64,000 bases of DNA from Bryobacter sp. (GTDB lineage Bacteria; Acidobacteriota; Terriglobia; Bryobacterales; Bryobacteraceae). Shown one piece after another: positions 30,161 through 44,900 of this stretch. How positions within the stretch are numbered: position 1 is the first letter of the stretch; each line of letters begins with the position of its first letter. Under the pieces are notes generated by a model. The model did not search any database and was not told where the DNA came from. It saw only the letters and a program-made list of their open reading frames with translations. A program made the position numbers and the translations under genes. The stretch lies in NCBI GenBank assembly GCA_022843605.1, contig JALHNI010000009.1, forward strand, positions 11,704 to 75,703, given 5' to 3'.

Positions 30161-30779
30161 GCATTGGCCACGAGCTCGAAGCTCCTGCGCTTCAACGGAG
30201 CCGTCGAACGGGATCCGGCCATCGAGCAGTCCGTAAGGCGTGGACCAGGGGCCGAAGCCGAGGTCACTGGTGAAGTCACTGATCAGCCCGTTCCTGCGAT
30301 TTCTGCCCGACCATCGAGTCAGTACCGGTGGAGTTGCCGACGCCGGAACTGGAGGGTCCGGGAAACATGCCATTGAGGCCGAACCCGATGTGGCGCCGGT
30401 GAATGTTCCACTAGGGAATTCGCAGTTCCGCGGCACCGTAAACGTGACGCTGCCCTTCAGGTTCAAGCGGGCGCGGATGGTGCCGAAGGGCACTATATCC
30501 CATTGGCCAACCCAACGCAGCTATGTTCGTGCCGGGACACGGCACCATAGGAAACGCGGGATGCGGATCCTGGCCTAAGAAGGCGTTCGGTAGGCCGACC
30601 ATGTTGCAGGCGCTGGGCTCCATCCATCGGCCCGAACAGGGAGATGGTTATCGCCCCGACATTTCGATGTGTTCCGGGCGCCGGGGAACGAACCCGCGCA
30701 GGTGGCCTCATGGTCCAGGGTCCGACCGAACGCTCGCACTCAGCTTGGTTCTGTCTAAAGCTTGGACAACAACCCAGTG

Positions 30780-32174
<1,395 letters not shown>

Positions 32175-32178
32175 TTGC

Positions 32179-35220
<3,042 letters not shown>

Positions 35221-35301
35221 AGGGCTGCTTCAAATTTACACCCGCCGGGGCCGCTCCATCGCAGCGGCCTGGGCCCTACAATGGAAGTGCGGGAGGTTTC
35301 C

Positions 35302-36096
35302 ATGAAACCGATATTGATATTGCTCGCTGGTGTCCCCCTGCTGTTGCAGGCCGGGAAGATTGCTGACGACGAGCGCATCCTGCTCTTGCGCGGCCTGATG
35401 TCGGAATTCGGTACGGCGAAGATCGTCGTGCCTCGTTCAAAGAAACCGCTACCCATCCTTGCCCAGCAGGGGCCCGATCGGCAGAAATGGGCCGAAAGTC
35501 TGCAGGAGGAAGGCCCCTGCGCCCGCACGGGTGACCTGGTGCAGATCACCAAGGTCGAAATCGATGACGACAAGGTCACGCTCCAACTCAATGGCGGCTA
35601 CAAGGGTGGCCGGAAATGGTACGAGAACGTACAGGTTGGTGGCGGCATGGGCAACAACACCCGTACCGCGCCGATCGGTGGCGGCAATCGTCGAAGCGGC
35701 CCCGCCGGCACTTCCGTGGTGCTGCACTTCCCCAAGGAATTCGAAAGCATCAGCGTTGCGGACGTAAAGAAGTGGCTCGCTCCGGCCATCGATTTCGAAA
35801 AACAGCGCAGCGCCACCGAAAACTACATCGAGCAGATGAAGCCCGAAGTACAGGCGGCCATCAAGGAGCAGCGGGCGCTGGAGGGGATGGACAAGGAGCA
35901 GGTGATTATGGCCATGGGCAAGCCGCGTGGCAAGTCACGGGAAACCAAAGATGGCCTGGAGCTTGAAGACTGGGTTTACGGGCAGGCCCCCGGAAAAATC
36001 ACTTTCGTCACGTTCGATGGTGACAAAGTCGTGAAAATCAAAGAAGCTTTCGCCGGTTTGGGCGGCGCTACCGGACCGACACTGAAGGCCCAATAG
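35302..36096 (+). CDS. Hypothetical secreted protein with BamE/SmpA-OmlA-like C-terminal segment
   Basis: Signal-like 'MKPILILLAGVPLLLQA' and C-terminal 'GMDKEQVIMAMGKP...LEDWVYGQAPGKITFVTFDGDKVVKIK'. No firm family assignment. Confidence 0.45.
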   Translation: MKPILILLAGVPLLLQAGKIADDERILLLRGLMSEFGTAKIVVPRSKKPLPILAQQGPDRQKWAESLQEEGPCARTGDLVQITKVEIDDDKVTLQLNGGYKGGRKWYENVQVGGGMGNNTRTAPIGGGNRRSGPAGTSVVLHFPKEFESISVADVKKWLAPAIDFEKQRSATENYIEQMKPEVQAAIKEQRALEGMDKEQVIMAMGKPRGKSRETKDGLELEDWVYGQAPGKITFVTFDGDKVVKIKEAFAGLGGATGPTLKAQ

Positions 36097-36126
36097 CCCA
36101 ACCTGTGTTCCAATGACAAGGATATA

Positions 36127-38631
36127 GTGACTGAAGCAGTAGCGCCGACAGCCTGGACGTACTCCCCCGTCCTCGGACATTACGACGAGGTCATCGACCC
36201 GCGCGGCCGCCCGCGAAAACACTGGCGTCGCCTCGCGAACACCATGACGCGCTTGGGCCCAGGCCAGTTTGCGCGCCGCTGGCAGCATGGACGGCAGCTG
36301 ATTCAGGCGAACGGCATCACGTTCAACGTCTACGGTGATCCGCTAGGGCAGGAACGTCCCTGGCCGGTTGACCCGATTCCCTTGGTGCTCTGCGGCACCG
36401 AGTGGAACGCGATCGAAGCAGCCGTGTTGCAACGTGCCATGCTCTTTAACCTGATGCTGGCCGACATCTATGGCCCGCAACGGCTTTTGAGCGACGGATC
36501 GCTGCCGCCGGAACTCATCTTCCACAACCCCAGTTTTCTGCGGCCTTGCCACGGGCTTACCGTGCCGCAAGGCGTCTTTCTGCACCACTACGCGGCGGAT
36601 CTTGGCCGGTCACCCGACGGCCAGTGGTGGGTGGTCTCGGACCGTACTCAGACGCCCTCCGGCCTCGGCTACGCACTGGAGAACCGGATGGTGAGCGCGC
36701 AGATTCTGCCAGAGGCCTTCAAGCGCTCGCACGTCCGGCCGCTCAATCGCTACTTCCATGAGTACCGGCAAGGCCTACTCGAGCTTACGCGGACCAAGCG
36801 GGAGAATCCTCGCGTCGTCCTGCTCACGCCTGGCCCGTTCAATGAAGCCTATTTCGAGCACGCATATCTTGCCAAGCACTTGGGCTATACCCTCGTCGAA
36901 GGCGCCGATCTGGTGGTGCGCGATGAACGAGTTTTCCTGAAGACGCTCGGCGGCCTGGTTCCGGTCGACATCATCTTGCGCCGGCAGGACGATACCTATT
37001 GCGATCCGCTATCATTCCGCGGCGATTCGGTGCTGGGCGTCCCTGGCCTGCTCGCCGCCGTTCGGGCCGGAAACGTCGTCGTCGCCAACGCCCTGGGCAG
37101 TGGCGTGCTGGAAACTCCCGCGATCTCCGGTTTCCTGCCTGCGATGTGCCGCACCCGCCTGGGTGAGAGACTCAAGATGCCTTCGCTGGCCGCTTGGTGG
37201 TGTGGAGAGGAAAAGGCGCGCCAGTTTGTCCTGGCGAATCTAGAAAAGCTCGTCATTAAACCGGCATTTCCGCGCTTTGGCCTGCATCCCATCTTCGGCG
37301 CCGGGCTCTCGGCTTCCGAGCGTGACGACCTGCGCCGGCGCATCGAAGCCGATCCCTCGCAGTATGTCGCGCAGGAACAGATGGCGCTCTCCACGGCCCC
37401 CATTTTTTCTGACCATGGCCTGGAAGCCCGTCATGTCGTGCTACGTGTCTTCGCCGTCTGGTCCGGCGACGGTTACGTGGTGATGCCCGGTGGGCTCACC
37501 CGCATCTCCACCTCTCAGGATTCGCTGGTCGTCTCCATGCAGCAGGGTGGCGGTAGCAAAGACTCCTGGGTGCTCGCTGACCACGATGAAGAGCCGCAGG
37601 CTCCTGAAGCCACCCGTCATCCCGTCGACATCACACGAACGCCGGACCTCCCGAGCCGTGTCGCCGACAACATGTTCTGGCTAGGGCGCTACCTGGAACG
37701 CGTCGAGTCGCTTGTCCGTTTGGCGCGCGCTTTGTTGCCTGCCCTTTCCAGCGAAGGAGACCTCGGCGGCGGCCTCTCCATTGAGTCCAGCGTCGAACTG
37801 CTGATCGGCTACGAGTATCTGCCGGAAGAGATGCGCGATGCTCCGGTGCTGGAGCAGCGCCGCTGGTTGGAACGCGTGCTTCGCTGGATCGTCTTCGACA
37901 CGGAGCGCGTCAACGCGCTGAGTTGGAACATCAACCAGGTTCGCCGCTCCGCCCGCAGTTTGAAGGAACGCCTCTCGAGTGACGCCTGGCGTCTGCTGAA
38001 TCGGCTCGACCAGGAGTTTCCCTCGGCTATACTCTCCGGTGAAGCTCATCTGCTCAATCAGGTGAACACCCTTGATCGGGCGATCCTTACGCTGGCCTCT
38101 TTCTCCGGCTTGATGATGGAGAACATGACCCGCAGCCAAGGATGGCGTTTCCTGGATATCGGCCGGCGGTTGGAGCGCGCCCTCCAATTGGTGGAGCTGT
38201 TGCGCCATGGCTTGGCTGGGGTGATCGTCGATGAGCAGGCTGCGCTGGAACTACTGCTGCAGATCGCCGACAGCGCTATCACCTATCGCACCCGCTACTA
38301 CACCAGCATGCAAGCCGACCTGGTGCTGGATCTGCTGCTCGTCGACGAAGCTAACCCCCGGTCAGTGGGCTTTCAATTGCAGACCCTGGCTTCGCACATG
38401 CGCAAACTGCCCGGGCAGGACCAATCCGCGCGCCTGCCGGACGAACAGCAATTCATCGTCAAAGCGCTAACGGCGGCTCGCCTAGCCAAGACGAGCGAAC
38501 TCGCCGCTGATCGCGATCAGCTTCGCGTCTTCCTCGACGAACTCCGCCAGGACCTCTTCAATGCTTCGAACGCCCTCAGCAGCCGCTACCTCAGTCACTC
38601 CATGTCCACCCGTCTGCTGGCCTCCGCATGA
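36127..38631 (+). CDS. Fusion of circularly permuted type-2 ATP-grasp domain and alpha-E domain
   Basis: GTG start. The N-terminal ~500 aa end in 'YVVMPGGLTRIS', a hallmark of the circularly permuted ATP-grasp family. The C-terminal part begins 'NMFWLGRYLERVESLVRLAR', a hallmark of the alpha-E/DUF403 family. Confidence 0.8.
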   Translation: MTEAVAPTAWTYSPVLGHYDEVIDPRGRPRKHWRRLANTMTRLGPGQFARRWQHGRQLIQANGITFNVYGDPLGQERPWPVDPIPLVLCGTEWNAIEAAVLQRAMLFNLMLADIYGPQRLLSDGSLPPELIFHNPSFLRPCHGLTVPQGVFLHHYAADLGRSPDGQWWVVSDRTQTPSGLGYALENRMVSAQILPEAFKRSHVRPLNRYFHEYRQGLLELTRTKRENPRVVLLTPGPFNEAYFEHAYLAKHLGYTLVEGADLVVRDERVFLKTLGGLVPVDIILRRQDDTYCDPLSFRGDSVLGVPGLLAAVRAGNVVVANALGSGVLETPAISGFLPAMCRTRLGERLKMPSLAAWWCGEEKARQFVLANLEKLVIKPAFPRFGLHPIFGAGLSASERDDLRRRIEADPSQYVAQEQMALSTAPIFSDHGLEARHVVLRVFAVWSGDGYVVMPGGLTRISTSQDSLVVSMQQGGGSKDSWVLADHDEEPQAPEATRHPVDITRTPDLPSRVADNMFWLGRYLERVESLVRLARALLPALSSEGDLGGGLSIESSVELLIGYEYLPEEMRDAPVLEQRRWLERVLRWIVFDTERVNALSWNINQVRRSARSLKERLSSDAWRLLNRLDQEFPSAILSGEAHLLNQVNTLDRAILTLASFSGLMMENMTRSQGWRFLDIGRRLERALQLVELLRHGLAGVIVDEQAALELLLQIADSAITYRTRYYTSMQADLVLDLLLVDEANPRSVGFQLQTLASHMRKLPGQDQSARLPDEQQFIVKALTAARLAKTSELAADRDQLRVFLDELRQDLFNASNALSSRYLSHSMSTRLLASA

Positions 38632-39536
38632 TCTATCAGGTTCGTCATCTCACGCGCTATTCTTACGCGCTCCCCGTCACCACCACGCACAGTGAACTGC
38701 GCCTGACGCCGCGCGAACTGCCTTGGCAGAACCTCGTGCGCAGTTCCATCACGCTGGACCCGCAGTTTGAGACCATGCGCAGCTTTCGCGACTACTTCGG
38801 CAATAGTGTCCGGTACTGCTGCGTCCTCACGCCGCACCATGAACTCGCCATCACCGCGGAAAGCATCGTGGAGGTGCAGGAGACGAATCCCCTGATTCCC
38901 GCCGCGACCCTGCCGTGGGAACAGGTGCGCAGGGGCCTCCGCGCTTTTGACGATCCCGTAGCCTTGCAAGCTTTCGAACTGGCCGCCGAGTCGCGCTACA
39001 TTCGCTGGACGCCGGCAATCGCCGACTACGCGCGCAGCAGCTTCACTCCCCAGCGGCCGATCCTTGAGGCTGCCGCGGAACTATCCACCCGCGTCCATCG
39101 GGACTTCAAGTACACCCCGGACTCCACGGACATCGATACGTCCGTCGACGATGTCTTTCGGAGCCGCCGCGGCGTCTGCCAGGACTTCGCCCATTTGCTG
39201 ATTGCCATGCTGCGGTCACAGGGTCTTGCTGCCCGATACGTCAGCGGCTATCTGCGCAGCGGCGGCATCGGCGCCGAGGCTTCTCACGCCTGGGTAGGTG
39301 TCTTCGTGCCCGGTAACGGCTGGGTGGACCTTGACCCGACGAACGACGTCGTTGTCGCCACCAGCCACGTCACGCTCGCTTGGGGCCGCGACTACGGCGA
39401 TGTAACGCCGGTGAAAGGCATCAATATGGGTGGCGGCGACCACACCATCGAAGTTGAGGTTCGCGTGGAGCCACTAGCCAGCATTCCCGTGCCGGTCGAG
39501 GTCCGTCGCGTTGCCGGCCGTCGCTGGGACCGTTAG
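38628..39536 (+). CDS. Transglutaminase-family protein (Bact_transglu_N + transglutaminase core)
   Basis: Contains 'MIYQVRHLTRYSYALPV' and the catalytic-Cys segment 'RRGVCQDFAHLLIAMLRSQGLAARYVSGY', then 'SHAWVGVFVPGNGWVDLDPTN'. ATGA overlap with the upstream gene. Confidence 0.85.
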   Translation: MIYQVRHLTRYSYALPVTTTHSELRLTPRELPWQNLVRSSITLDPQFETMRSFRDYFGNSVRYCCVLTPHHELAITAESIVEVQETNPLIPAATLPWEQVRRGLRAFDDPVALQAFELAAESRYIRWTPAIADYARSSFTPQRPILEAAAELSTRVHRDFKYTPDSTDIDTSVDDVFRSRRGVCQDFAHLLIAMLRSQGLAARYVSGYLRSGGIGAEASHAWVGVFVPGNGWVDLDPTNDVVVATSHVTLAWGRDYGDVTPVKGINMGGGDHTIEVEVRVEPLASIPVPVEVRRVAGRRWDR

Positions 39537-40033
39537 CAGCTGAGGGCCGGGTCGTCGTGAATTGACCGCGGGCATCTCTGCGCGGAGCAGCGCAAGCCGT
39601 GCCTGGCGAAGGGCGACCCCACGTGCTAGTCCAAGACGAAAGAGGTCAAACGACGCCCGGTGGTCAATGCTGAACACCGGGTTCAGTTTGAGCCTTGATG
39701 GTCAGGGCTAGCCGTCACCGGCTGCTCAACCCGTCACAACCTGCGGGTGCGGCCCTGGCGAGTCACTCGCACCGTCACATAAGTGCAGATGCCGTCCCGA
39801 ACACGGACTAAATCAACGTCTGCAGAAGGCGCCATTCAAGGAGAAACCCAACTGGTGGATTCTTCCGAAAAATGTAACACCCAAAGGCGTGCAATCGCAT
39901 CTGGCTATCATCATTGGCTTTGGCCATCTCTCGTCAGAGTTACGAGTTCCACTATCCGTCTGCGCGGAGCGGGGCCACTGTATTTGGCCACGTGCGTGCT
40001 CCATCGTGATCGAGGAGTGACGATCAAAAATAC

Positions 40034-40573
40034 ATGAACCAACTAAAGGAACTACTCGTCGACGAATTGTGTGACCTTCTCCATGCGGAAGGCCAGTTGT
40101 TAACTGCCCTGCCGAAGATGGCTGAGGCGGCACATCATCCGAAACTCAGGGAAGCTTTTCTGAATCACCTGCAGCAAACAGAGGGCCAGGTTGAGCGACT
40201 GAAATCCGCCTTTGAACTTCTTGGCGAAAAGCCACAACCGAAGCCGTGCAAGGCGATGGCGGGGTTGGTTGCTGAGGGCGCCGATACCATCAAGGATGGA
40301 GCGGACAAATCCAACATTGCCGCCGACCTCGGGCTGATAGCCGCCGCGCAGCGAGCGGAACACTACGAGATCTCAGCGTACGGTACAGCCCGAAGCCTTG
40401 CCCGGCAAATCGGAGAACCGAAGGTGGCCACGCTGCTGGCCCAGACACTTGGCGAAGAAGAAAGTGCAGACTTCCTTTTGACCGAACTGAGCAAGCCGTT
40501 GATGCAGCAGGCTACCTCCGAAGAGAATTCGTCGGAAAGCAAAATTACAAAAGCGAGAAAGCAAACGGCTTGA
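40034..40573 (+). CDS. DUF892 (YciE/YciF-type ferritin-like) stress protein
   Basis: Contains 'LKELLVDELCDLLHAEGQLLTALPKMAEAAHHPKLREAFLNHLQQTEGQVERL' and 'AAAQRAEHYEISAYGT'. Confidence 0.8.
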   Translation: MNQLKELLVDELCDLLHAEGQLLTALPKMAEAAHHPKLREAFLNHLQQTEGQVERLKSAFELLGEKPQPKPCKAMAGLVAEGADTIKDGADKSNIAADLGLIAAAQRAEHYEISAYGTARSLARQIGEPKVATLLAQTLGEEESADFLLTELSKPLMQQATSEENSSESKITKARKQTA

Positions 40574-40704
40574 GTCGAGATAAGGCAAGACACTCCGATG
40601 TCTCGCCTCCACCACGAAGCAACCCAGGCTATAGACATCTTGCCAGTGGCGCGGCGCATAGTTGTCATGGTCAGCAAGAATCAAAAAGAGAAAAGGATTT
40701 AGTA

Positions 40705-41112
40705 ATGAAGAACAATTTATTGAAGGCATTGAGAGGCCAAGCTTTAGCCGTTGCGATGATATTTGGTGCTGTGGCTTCCACCGGCTACGGACAAGACCCA
40801 GATAAGGCTGCTCCGAAAGCGGATAACACGAAGGTGAATAAACGTGATCGGAATGCTGGGGAAGCCACGGCGGATCAGCAGAAGGTGAACGAAACGGACC
40901 GGGACCTGACCCAAAGAATTCGGCAATCAGTGGTTGCAGATAAGTCCCTGTCCACTTATGCCCACAACATTAAGATCATCAGCCAAAATGGTGTTGTGAC
41001 TTTGAAGGGCCCAGTCAATTCAGAAACCGAAAAGAAGTCTATCGTGGCCATGGCTGTTAAAGCGGCGGGCGACGCAAGCAAAGTTACCGATCAGATCTCT
41101 GTAAAGCGGTAA
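40705..41112 (+). CDS. Secreted BON-domain (OsmY-like) protein
   Basis: Signal peptide 'ALAVAMIFGAVASTGYGQ' and BON-like 'IKIISQNGVVTLKGPVNSETEKKSIVAMAVKAAGDASKVTDQISV'. Start moved to ATG 40705. Confidence 0.7.
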   Translation: MKNNLLKALRGQALAVAMIFGAVASTGYGQDPDKAAPKADNTKVNKRDRNAGEATADQQKVNETDRDLTQRIRQSVVADKSLSTYAHNIKIISQNGVVTLKGPVNSETEKKSIVAMAVKAAGDASKVTDQISVKR

Positions 41113-41142
41113 AAGTCAGACGCGAAAGAAAAGGAATTACAA

Positions 41143-41709
41143 ATGGAAAGCAAAAACACAGCAGTCTTCGGCATTTATAAGAGCAGCGCTCAAGCAGAGA
41201 GCGCCGTGGACCGGCTCACCGTGGCGGGATTCTCTAACAACGACATCTCGGTGCTACTGCCCGACGCGCAAAGTTCGAAAGATTTTGCGCACGAAAAGAA
41301 CACCAAGGCGCCCGAGGGGGCAACGACCGGTGTGGCTACCGGCGGCTTGCTAGGTGGGACTCTTGGCCTGTTGGCAGGCATCGGAGCACTCGCCATCCCT
41401 GGCATCGGCCCCTTCATTGCGGCAGGGCCGATCATGGGGGCGCTCGCGGGCCTCGGTGTCGGCGGTGCCGTAGGGGGATTGGTCGGTGCGCTGGTCGGCA
41501 TGGGCATCCCGGAGTATGAGGCCAAGCGTTACGAAGGCCGAGTCAAGGAAGGTGGCGTGTTGCTCTCCGTGCACTGCGACACCTCCGAAGAAGTGTCGAG
41601 GGCGGAGGACCTGTTAGAACAAACAGGTGCCGAAGACATCTCTTCCACCGGGGAAGTGGCTGTGAGCGCCAGCGACTCGCGGCCCGAAAGGTCGTCGAGG
41701 CTGATCTAG
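41143..41709 (+). CDS. Stress-type membrane protein: GSP17M/DUF-like N-terminal domain + glycine-zipper segment
   Basis: Contains 'AVFGIYKSSAQAESAVDRLTVAGFSNNDISVLLPD', then a Gly-zipper 'GGLLGGTLGLLAGIGALAIPGIGPFIAAGPIMGALAGLGVGGAVGGLVGALVGMG'. Confidence 0.5.
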   Translation: MESKNTAVFGIYKSSAQAESAVDRLTVAGFSNNDISVLLPDAQSSKDFAHEKNTKAPEGATTGVATGGLLGGTLGLLAGIGALAIPGIGPFIAAGPIMGALAGLGVGGAVGGLVGALVGMGIPEYEAKRYEGRVKEGGVLLSVHCDTSEEVSRAEDLLEQTGAEDISSTGEVAVSASDSRPERSSRLI

Positions 41710-41720
41710 CCGCACACCCG

Positions 41721-41769
41721 GAGTTCGGACGGCGCGATTGCAAGCACTGCGGTCGCGCCGTTCGAACTC
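41721..41769 (+). terminator. Strong hairpin (16-bp stem with one G-U pair, 17-nt loop) 12 nt after the stress-operon stop
   Basis: GAGTTCGGACGGCGCG (41721-41736) pairs with CGCGCCGTTCGAACTC (41754-41769). There is no T-tract, so intrinsic-terminator status is uncertain. Confidence 0.45.
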
Positions 41770-41925
41770 GTGACATGCCTGGGGCCGATTGCGGCGACGC
41801 ATTGACCCGAGCAGGGGGGATCATCGACGACCCCTGCAGGTCGGTCACGCCCCAGGACGTCGCCATACCCTCCCTCAAAAGTTTCGATTTTCCCTCGCCC
41901 AACCCCCCGTGCTATCGTCAGCCTC

Positions 41926-44900
41926 ATGAGTATCCGGGTAGCCTTGCACCATGAAACGACCTACGCCTATGATCGACTGGTGACACTTGGCCCCCAGGTG
42001 ATCCGCCTGCGGCCCGCCCCTCACTGTCGCACCCCGATTCTCAGCTATTCCCTCCGCATCGAGCCGGCCGAGCACTTCCTTAACTGGCAGCAGGACCCTC
42101 AAAGCAACTACTTGGCCCGGTTTGTGTGCCCGCACCTCACCCAGCATTTCAAAGTCGAAGTTGACCTCATCGCGGACATGACGGTGATCAATCCCTTCGA
42201 TTTCTTCCTGGAAGAGTATGCCCAGAAGTTTCCCTTCGCCTACGAACCTGCTCTGGCCCACGAACTCGCTCCCTTTCTCGCCCACCCCGAACCCGGCCCG
42301 CTCCTCACCCAGTGGATCGCCTCTGTCGACCGCTCCCCCATGCCGACCAATGACTTCCTGGTCGGCCTTAATCAACGTCTCCAGCGCGAAATCAGTTACT
42401 TGATCCGCATGGAGCCTGGCGTCCAAACGCCGGAATTCACGCTGAATTCCCGCAGCGGCTCCTGCCGCGACACCGGTTGGTTGCTCGTTCAGGCGCTGCG
42501 CAATCTCGGCCTTGCCGCCCGCTTTGTCTCCGGCTACCTCATCCAATTGCGCGCCGACATCAAAGCGCTCGATGGCCCCTCGGGACCCGCTGAAGACTTC
42601 ACCGATTTGCACGCCTGGGCCGAGGTCTATCTTCCCGGCGCCGGTTGGATTGGGCTCGACCCGACTTCCGGCCTCTTCGCCGGGGAAGGGCACATTCCTT
42701 TGGCCGCCAGTCCTGAGCCCACTTCGGCGGCACCAGTTAGCGGTCTCGTCGATCCGTGCGAGGTCAGCTTCCAGCACCACATGTCGGTGCGGCGGATTCA
42801 TGAAACGCCCCGCGTGACTCTTCCCTATACCGACGATCAATGGCAGGCCATCGAACAACTCGGTGACCGGATCGACGAGGATCTCCGTCGGCAGGATGTC
42901 CGCCTCACTATGGGTGGCGAGCCCACCTTCGTCTCCATCGACGACATGGACGGCGAGGAGTGGAATACCGCCGCTTTGGGTGACGAAAAGCTCAAACGAG
43001 GCAGTGACCTGCTGCGCCGCATCCACGCTCGCTGGGGCAAGGGCGGCTTTCTCCACATCGGTCAAGGCAAGTGGTATCCAGGTGAGAGCCTGCCGCGCTG
43101 GGCGATGACCTGCTACTGGCGCACCGACGGACTCACCATCTGGCGCGACCCCTCGCTACTTGCCGACCCCGATATCAATTATGGCTTTGGCGATGCCGAG
43201 GCTGAGCGATTTTCCGACGCGCTCGCCGAGCGTCTCCGCATCGATACGGACTACGTCATTGCCGCTTATGAGGATCCTCTGGAGTACGTCCACAAGGAAC
43301 GCAAACTTCCCGTCAACGTGGACCCTCGCGACAACAAGCTCGATAACCCCGAGGACCGTGAGCGCCTGCGCCGTGCCTTCGAACGGGGGCTTGGCAATCC
43401 GTCCGGTTTCGTTCTCCCCATTCAGCGGGTATGGCATACGGATGGACCTGCTTGGCAAAGCGGCCTGTGGATGCTCCGCGCGCGCCACCTTTACCTGATC
43501 CCAGGAGATTCGCCGGTGGGGCTGCGTTTGCCTCTTCCCAGCCTGCCCTGGGCGGCGACCAAGCCGCATTATTGGACGCTCGATCCCTTTGCGGAGCATC
43601 CGCCTTTCGCCAATCAACCGGCTGCCCGTGCAACCGAAACGCAGCGCACCCAGTCCGTTTCGGCGCCTGAGGAGATGCGGCAGAACGTGAACGCGCAGTC
43701 GCTCGGCGAAGAGGTGCCTGAGTTCGGCGAGTCCGCCGAATGGGTGGTCCGCACGGCGATGGCAGTCGAGCCGCGCAACGGCCGGTTGCATGTTTTCATG
43801 CCGCCTTTGCGCTCGGCCGATGACTATCTCGAGCTTCTCGCCGCGGTCGAAGAAACCGCCGCCGCGACCCGTCTGCCAGTGATCATCGAAGGCTACACGC
43901 CGCCCCACGATCATCGTCTACAACTGATGAAGGTCACCCCGGATCCTGGCGTGATTGAGGTCAACGTCCACCCGGCTCGTACTTGGCGCGAACTCGTCGA
44001 CAACACCACCGCCCTCTATGAGGATGCTCATCAGTCGCGTCTGGGCACGGAGAAGTTCCTGCTCGATGGCCGACATAGCGGCACCGGTGGGGGCAACCAC
44101 ATCGTCCTCGGAGGTCCCACTGCTCCGGATAGCCCGTTCCTTCGTCGCCCCGACCTGCTGAAGAGCCTGATTGCCTACTGGCTCAATCATCCATCGCTCA
44201 GCTATCTCTTTTCCGGCCTCTTTATCGGCCCCACCAGTCAGGCGCCGCGGGTGGACGAAACCCGCGCCGATGCGATCTATGAGCTTGAGATCGCCTTCGG
44301 TCTGGTGCCGGATCCATCCTCGGGCCAGCACGTCCCGCCGTGGCTGGTCGACCGCATCTTCCGCAACCTTCTGGTTGACGTCACCGGCAATACCCATCGC
44401 GCCGAGTTCTGTATAGACAAGCTCTACTCGCCGGACTCTTCCACCGGCCGCCTTGGACTCCTCGAACTCCGGGCGTTCGAAATGCCGCCCCATGCTCGCA
44501 TGAGCCTTACGCAGCAGTTGCTCATCCGTGCACTGATTGCCCATTTTTGGAGGAATCCTTACCGCCAGAAACCCATTCATTGGGGCACCCGCTTGCATGA
44601 TCAGTTTCTGCTGCCCCACTACGTGCGTCGCGACTTCGCCGAGGTCCTGGACGATCTGCGCTCCACTGGCTACTCCCTCGATCCTGCCTGGTTCGACGCC
44701 CACTTCGAGTTCCGTTTTCCCTTCATCGGCGAGGTCCGTTACGATGGCATTCACCTTGAAGTTCGCCAGGCGATTGAGCCCTGGTACGTTCTCGGTGAGG
44801 AAGGCGCTGCGGGCGGAACTGCCCGCTATGTCGATTCGTCGGTTGAGCGGGTCCAGGTGAAAGTCAGTGGACTGGTCGGTGAACGTTACCTCATCACCTG

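Noticed and set aside
39474-39677. Minus-strand ORF fragment 'HRASFDLFRLGLARGVALRQARLALL' faintly resembling the tyrosine-recombinase 'RHSFATHLLxxGxDLRxIQxLLGH' box, at the left edge of the stress island
   Set aside because: The alignment needs gaps, the catalytic His/Tyr context is absent, and the ORF overlaps the transglutaminase 3' end. I could not find direct repeats bounding the island, so no integrase or att claim is made.
39800-39830. Possible ECF/general-stress type promoter (GAAC ... CGTC) upstream of the DUF892 gene
   Set aside because: The spacer is only ~14 nt versus the 16-17 nt expected for GGAAC-N16/17-CGTT-type promoters. Short motifs like these occur by chance.
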